Origin: Candidatus Rokuibacteriota bacterium
Lineage (GTDB): Bacteria; Methylomirabilota; Methylomirabilia; Rokubacteriales; CSP1-6
Reading direction: 5' to 3'
Assembly: GCA_016184305.1 (NCBI GenBank)
Contig: JACPCX010000096.1
Location: 1-38,383, forward strand
DNA length: 38,383 bases
Part shown: positions 35,622 through 38,383 of the stretch, piece after piece
Position numbering within the stretch: the first letter of the stretch is position 1
Layout of the letters: every line of letters starts with the position of its first letter
The notes under the pieces: generated by a model
Told to the model about the DNA's origin: nothing
The model's database searches: none
The model's input: the letters and a program-made list of their open reading frames with translations, nothing else
Position numbers and translations under genes: made by a program

Positions 35622-36050
35622 ATGGAACTCTCGATCACGGCCCGGTACCGCAGATGGATCGAGGTGGCACTGCCGGCGTACTCGGTGGCGGTGCTGTTCG
35701 TGTACTTCCGGCCGGAGTACATGCCGCGCACCGCCGGCGACAGCGTCGGCGAATGGCTCATGCCCTGGGCCATCTGGGGCGTGGCGGGAGCCATGAGCGG
35801 AGTGCTCGCGCTCTCCGGTCTCGCGGTGGCGTTCTTCCTGCTCTACTCGCCGCTGTACCTGGCGACCCGGAGCCGCGCCCTGATCGGCAAGGGGGGCTGG
35901 GTGGACAGGCGGGAGCTGCGCTTCTACGTGGGCTGCTTCATCCTGCTCTGCTTCCTGGCGGGGCTCGTGGTGTGGAACCCGGTGCTCGCCGCCTCCGTCT
36001 TCGTGCTCATGGCGGGCTGCGCCCACCTCGTGTGGCGGGCCCTGGTGTAG
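35622..36050 (+). CDS. Hypothetical integral membrane protein
   Basis: RBS GGAGGG; about four hydrophobic segments; GC3-biased codons. Confidence 0.75.
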   Translation: MELSITARYRRWIEVALPAYSVAVLFVYFRPEYMPRTAGDSVGEWLMPWAIWGVAGAMSGVLALSGLAVAFFLLYSPLYLATRSRALIGKGGWVDRRELRFYVGCFILLCFLAGLVVWNPVLAASVFVLMAGCAHLVWRALV

Positions 36051-36082
36051 CAGCGCCGGTCGAAGTCGGGGCGAGGAGCGAG

Positions 36083-36111
36083 TTGACAGGGTGGGACGCG
36101 CTGAATATCCT
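36083..36111 (+). promoter_or_regulatory. Sigma70-type promoter for HNH-uvrB
   Basis: TTGACA-N17-TATCCT followed by GGAGGT RBS. Confidence 0.7.
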
Positions 36112-36122
36112 AACGGAGGTAT

Positions 36123-36653
36123 ATGGATGACCTAGCGGTGCTGGTGCTGAACTACACGTACGAGCCGCTGCACTTCACGAACGCCAAACGAGCCATCACG
36201 CTCGTCCTGAGCGGCAAGGCCGAAGGCGTCGAGGCCTCGCCGAGAGTCGTCCGCTCACCGTCGCGGGTCTTCCCGCTCCCGTCCGTCATCCGGCTGGGCG
36301 TCTACATCCGAAAGCCCTTCCTCGAGCGGGTGGCGTTCAACAAGAAGAACATCCTGCGCCGGGATGGGTACATCTGCCAGTACTGCAGCCGGCGCGGGGA
36401 GAAGCTCACCGTGGACCACGTGGTGCCGCGGTCCCGGGGCGGGCAAACCACCTGGACCAACGTGGTCGCGGCGTGCCTCCGCTGCAACCTCCGGAAGGGC
36501 AACCGCACGCTGGAAGAGGCACGGCTCCGGCTCATCCGCGAACCGGTGCACCCGCACTTCCTCTTCTCCGTGCACCTGCTGCGACACCCGCACGCCACGT
36601 CGTTCATGGATTCCTGGCGCAAGTACCTGGTCGCCGTCCCGTCGAGCCTGTAG
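36123..36653 (+). CDS. HNH endonuclease (HNH_5/McrA-like)
   Basis: [54 protein letters not shown]. Confidence 0.93.
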   Translation: MDDLAVLVLNYTYEPLHFTNAKRAITLVLSGKAEGVEASPRVVRSPSRVFPLPSVIRLGVYIRKPFLERVAFNKKNILRRDGYICQYCSRRGEKLTVDHVVPRSRGGQTTWTNVVAACLRCNLRKGNRTLEEARLRLIREPVHPHFLFSVHLLRHPHATSFMDSWRKYLVAVPSSL

Positions 36654-36658
36654 CCTCG

Positions 36659-38383
36659 GTGTTCAGACTCGCCTCCGACTTCGCGCCGGCGGGCGACCAG
36701 CCCGGCGCCATCGACCGGCTGGTCACGCTGATCGGGGAGGGACGCCCCCACACCGTGCTCCTGGGCATCACGGGGAGCGGCAAGACCTTCACCCTGGCCA
36801 ACGTGATCAGCCGGCGGAAGCGCCCGGCCCTGGTGATCTCCCCCAACAAGACCCTGGCCGCGCAGCTCTACAGTGAGTTCAAGGCCTTCTTCCCCGACAG
36901 CGCCGTGGAGTACTTCGTCTCCTACTACGACTACTACCAGCCCGAGGCGTACATCCCGCAGTCGGACACCTACATCGAGAAGGACGCGCTGGTGAACGAT
37001 GAGATCGACCGCATGCGCCACTCGGCGACGACGGCGCTCTTCGAGCGGCGCGACGTGGTCGTGGTGGCGTCGGTGTCCTGCATCTACGGCATCGGTGAGC
37101 CCGAGACCTATCGGGGGATGCACGTGGGGCTCGCAACCGGGCAGACCGTGGCCCGGGAGACGCTGATCCGGGACCTCGTGGCGACCCAGTACGAGCGCAA
37201 CGACTACGACTTCCGCCGGGGCACCTTCCGCGTGCGCGGCGACGTCATCGAGATCTTTCCGGCGGCCTCCGAGTCGCAGGCGCTGCGGGTCGAGCTCTGG
37301 GGCGACACCATCGAGCGGCTGGTCACGCTCGACCCCCTGCGCGGGACCATCACCGGGGCGGTGCCGAGCGCGCGCATCTATCCGGCGAGCCATTACGTCA
37401 CGCCCGCCGAGCAGCTGGAGCGGGCGCTCGGCGGCATCCAGGAGGAGCTGCGGGAGCGGCTGGCGTTCTTCCGGTCCCGGGGGCAGCTGCTGGAGGCCCA
37501 GCGGCTCGAGCAGCGCACGCTCTTCGACATGGAGATGCTGCGCGAGATCGGGTACTGCCACGGCATCGAGAACTACTCCCGCCACCTCTCCGGGCGCAAG
37601 CCCGGGCAGAACCCGCCCACCCTCATGGACTACCTGCCCAAGGATTCCCTGGTCATCATCGACGAGTCGCATGTCACCGTGCCCCAGATCCGCGCCATGT
37701 ACCCCGGCGATCGCACGCGGAAGGAGTCGCTGGTGGAGTACGGCTTCCGCCTGCCCTCGGCCTTCGACAACCGCCCGCTGACCTTCGACGAGTTCCAGGC
37801 AGTCGTGGGCCAGGTGCTCTACGTCTCGGCGACGCCGGGGGCCTACGAGCTCACCCGGGCCGGGGCCCAGCGCGAGGCCGGCAGCCGCGCCTCCGCGGGA
37901 GGGGCCGTCGCCGAGCAGATCATCCGGCCCACCGGGCTCATGGACCCCAGGATCACGGTCCGCCCCGCCTCGATCCAGGTGGACGACCTCATGCACGAGG
38001 TGCGGGCGCGCGCGGAGCGCGACGAGCGGGTGCTGATCACCACGCTCACCAAGCGCATGGCGGAGGATCTGACGGAGTACTACCAGCAGGCCGGCCTGCG
38101 TGTTCGCTACCTGCACTCCGATATCGATACGCTGGACCGCGTGGCCGTGATCCGTGACCTGCGTCTGGGCAAGTTCGATGCCCTGGTCGGCATCAACCTC
38201 TTGCGCGAAGGCCTGGACTTGCCGGAGGTCTCGCTCGTGGGAATCCTGGATGCCGACAAGGAGGGGTACCTGCGCTCCGCCACCTCCTTGATCCAGACGT
38301 CGGGACGGGCCGCGCGGCACGTCAACGGCGAGGTCCTCATGTACGCCGACCGCGTCACCGGCTCCATGCAGGAGGCCATCGCC
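36659..38383 (+). CDS. uvrB: Excinuclease ABC subunit B, 3'-truncated by window
   Basis: [73 protein letters not shown]. Confidence 0.97.
   Translation, partial: MFRLASDFAPAGDQPGAIDRLVTLIGEGRPHTVLLGITGSGKTFTLANVISRRKRPALVISPNKTLAAQLYSEFKAFFPDSAVEYFVSYYDYYQPEAYIPQSDTYIEKDALVNDEIDRMRHSATTALFERRDVVVVASVSCIYGIGEPETYRGMHVGLATGQTVARETLIRDLVATQYERNDYDFRRGTFRVRGDVIEIFPAASESQALRVELWGDTIERLVTLDPLRGTITGAVPSARIYPASHYVTPAEQLERALGGIQEELRERLAFFRSRGQLLEAQRLEQRTLFDMEMLREIGYCHGIENYSRHLSGRKPGQNPPTLMDYLPKDSLVIIDESHVTVPQIRAMYPGDRTRKESLVEYGFRLPSAFDNRPLTFDEFQAVVGQVLYVSATPGAYELTRAGAQREAGSRASAGGAVAEQIIRPTGLMDPRITVRPASIQVDDLMHEVRARAERDERVLITTLTKRMAEDLTEYYQQAGLRVRYLHSDIDTLDRVAVIRDLRLGKFDALVGINLLREGLDLPEVSLVGILDADKEGYLRSATSLIQTSGRAARHVNGEVLMYADRVTGSMQEAIA

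Noticed and set aside
36123..36653. HNH as a defence, Cas9/IscB-like or homing nuclease
   Set aside because: Short stand-alone HNH_5-type protein without RuvC, methylase, array or intron context.
32341..38320. Long antisense ORFs (32341..35025, 34298..35794, 36302..38320; similar ones elsewhere)
   Set aside because: Mirror frames of well-supported plus-strand genes with no recognisable domains.

Overview
GC-rich (roughly 70% by eye) bacterial chromosome segment from a diderm organism (TolC, periplasmic cytochrome c). The gene mix and frequent leaderless promoters resemble Candidatus Rokubacteria/Methylomirabilota, but this is inference only. It holds about 38 mostly housekeeping CDSs: TIGR02757 family, RmuC, M20 hydrolase, MEMO1/AmmeMemoRadiSam-B, SuhB, CorA, PanE, heterodimeric ABC exporter, ATL, F420-type LLM, YbaK, UPF0282 MBL, Nth, MacAB-TolC-like efflux, class II RNR, cytochrome c, hybrid kinase, Ppx, HNH and UvrB. 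Notable items: (1) a peroxiredoxin with in-frame UGA at the peroxidatic Cys position (probable selenoprotein, missed by the ORF track). (2) A complete 2052-bp IS4-family element (18-bp TIRs, 10-bp TSD) carrying a Cys/His-rich DUF6788-like ORF with an operator-like palindrome over its promoter and start codon, inserted between two back-to-back promoters. (3) Two ~210-bp CTAG-flanked MITE/REP-like elements whose inner ~60-bp module also occurs free as a 3x tandem array translated in a protein tail. (4) At least five apparent internal deletions in unrelated genes, either real decay or an assembly/amplification artefact. (5) Two sigma54-type promoters. No rRNA, tRNA or CRISPR array was seen. All family calls come from motif recognition by eye, not database searches.
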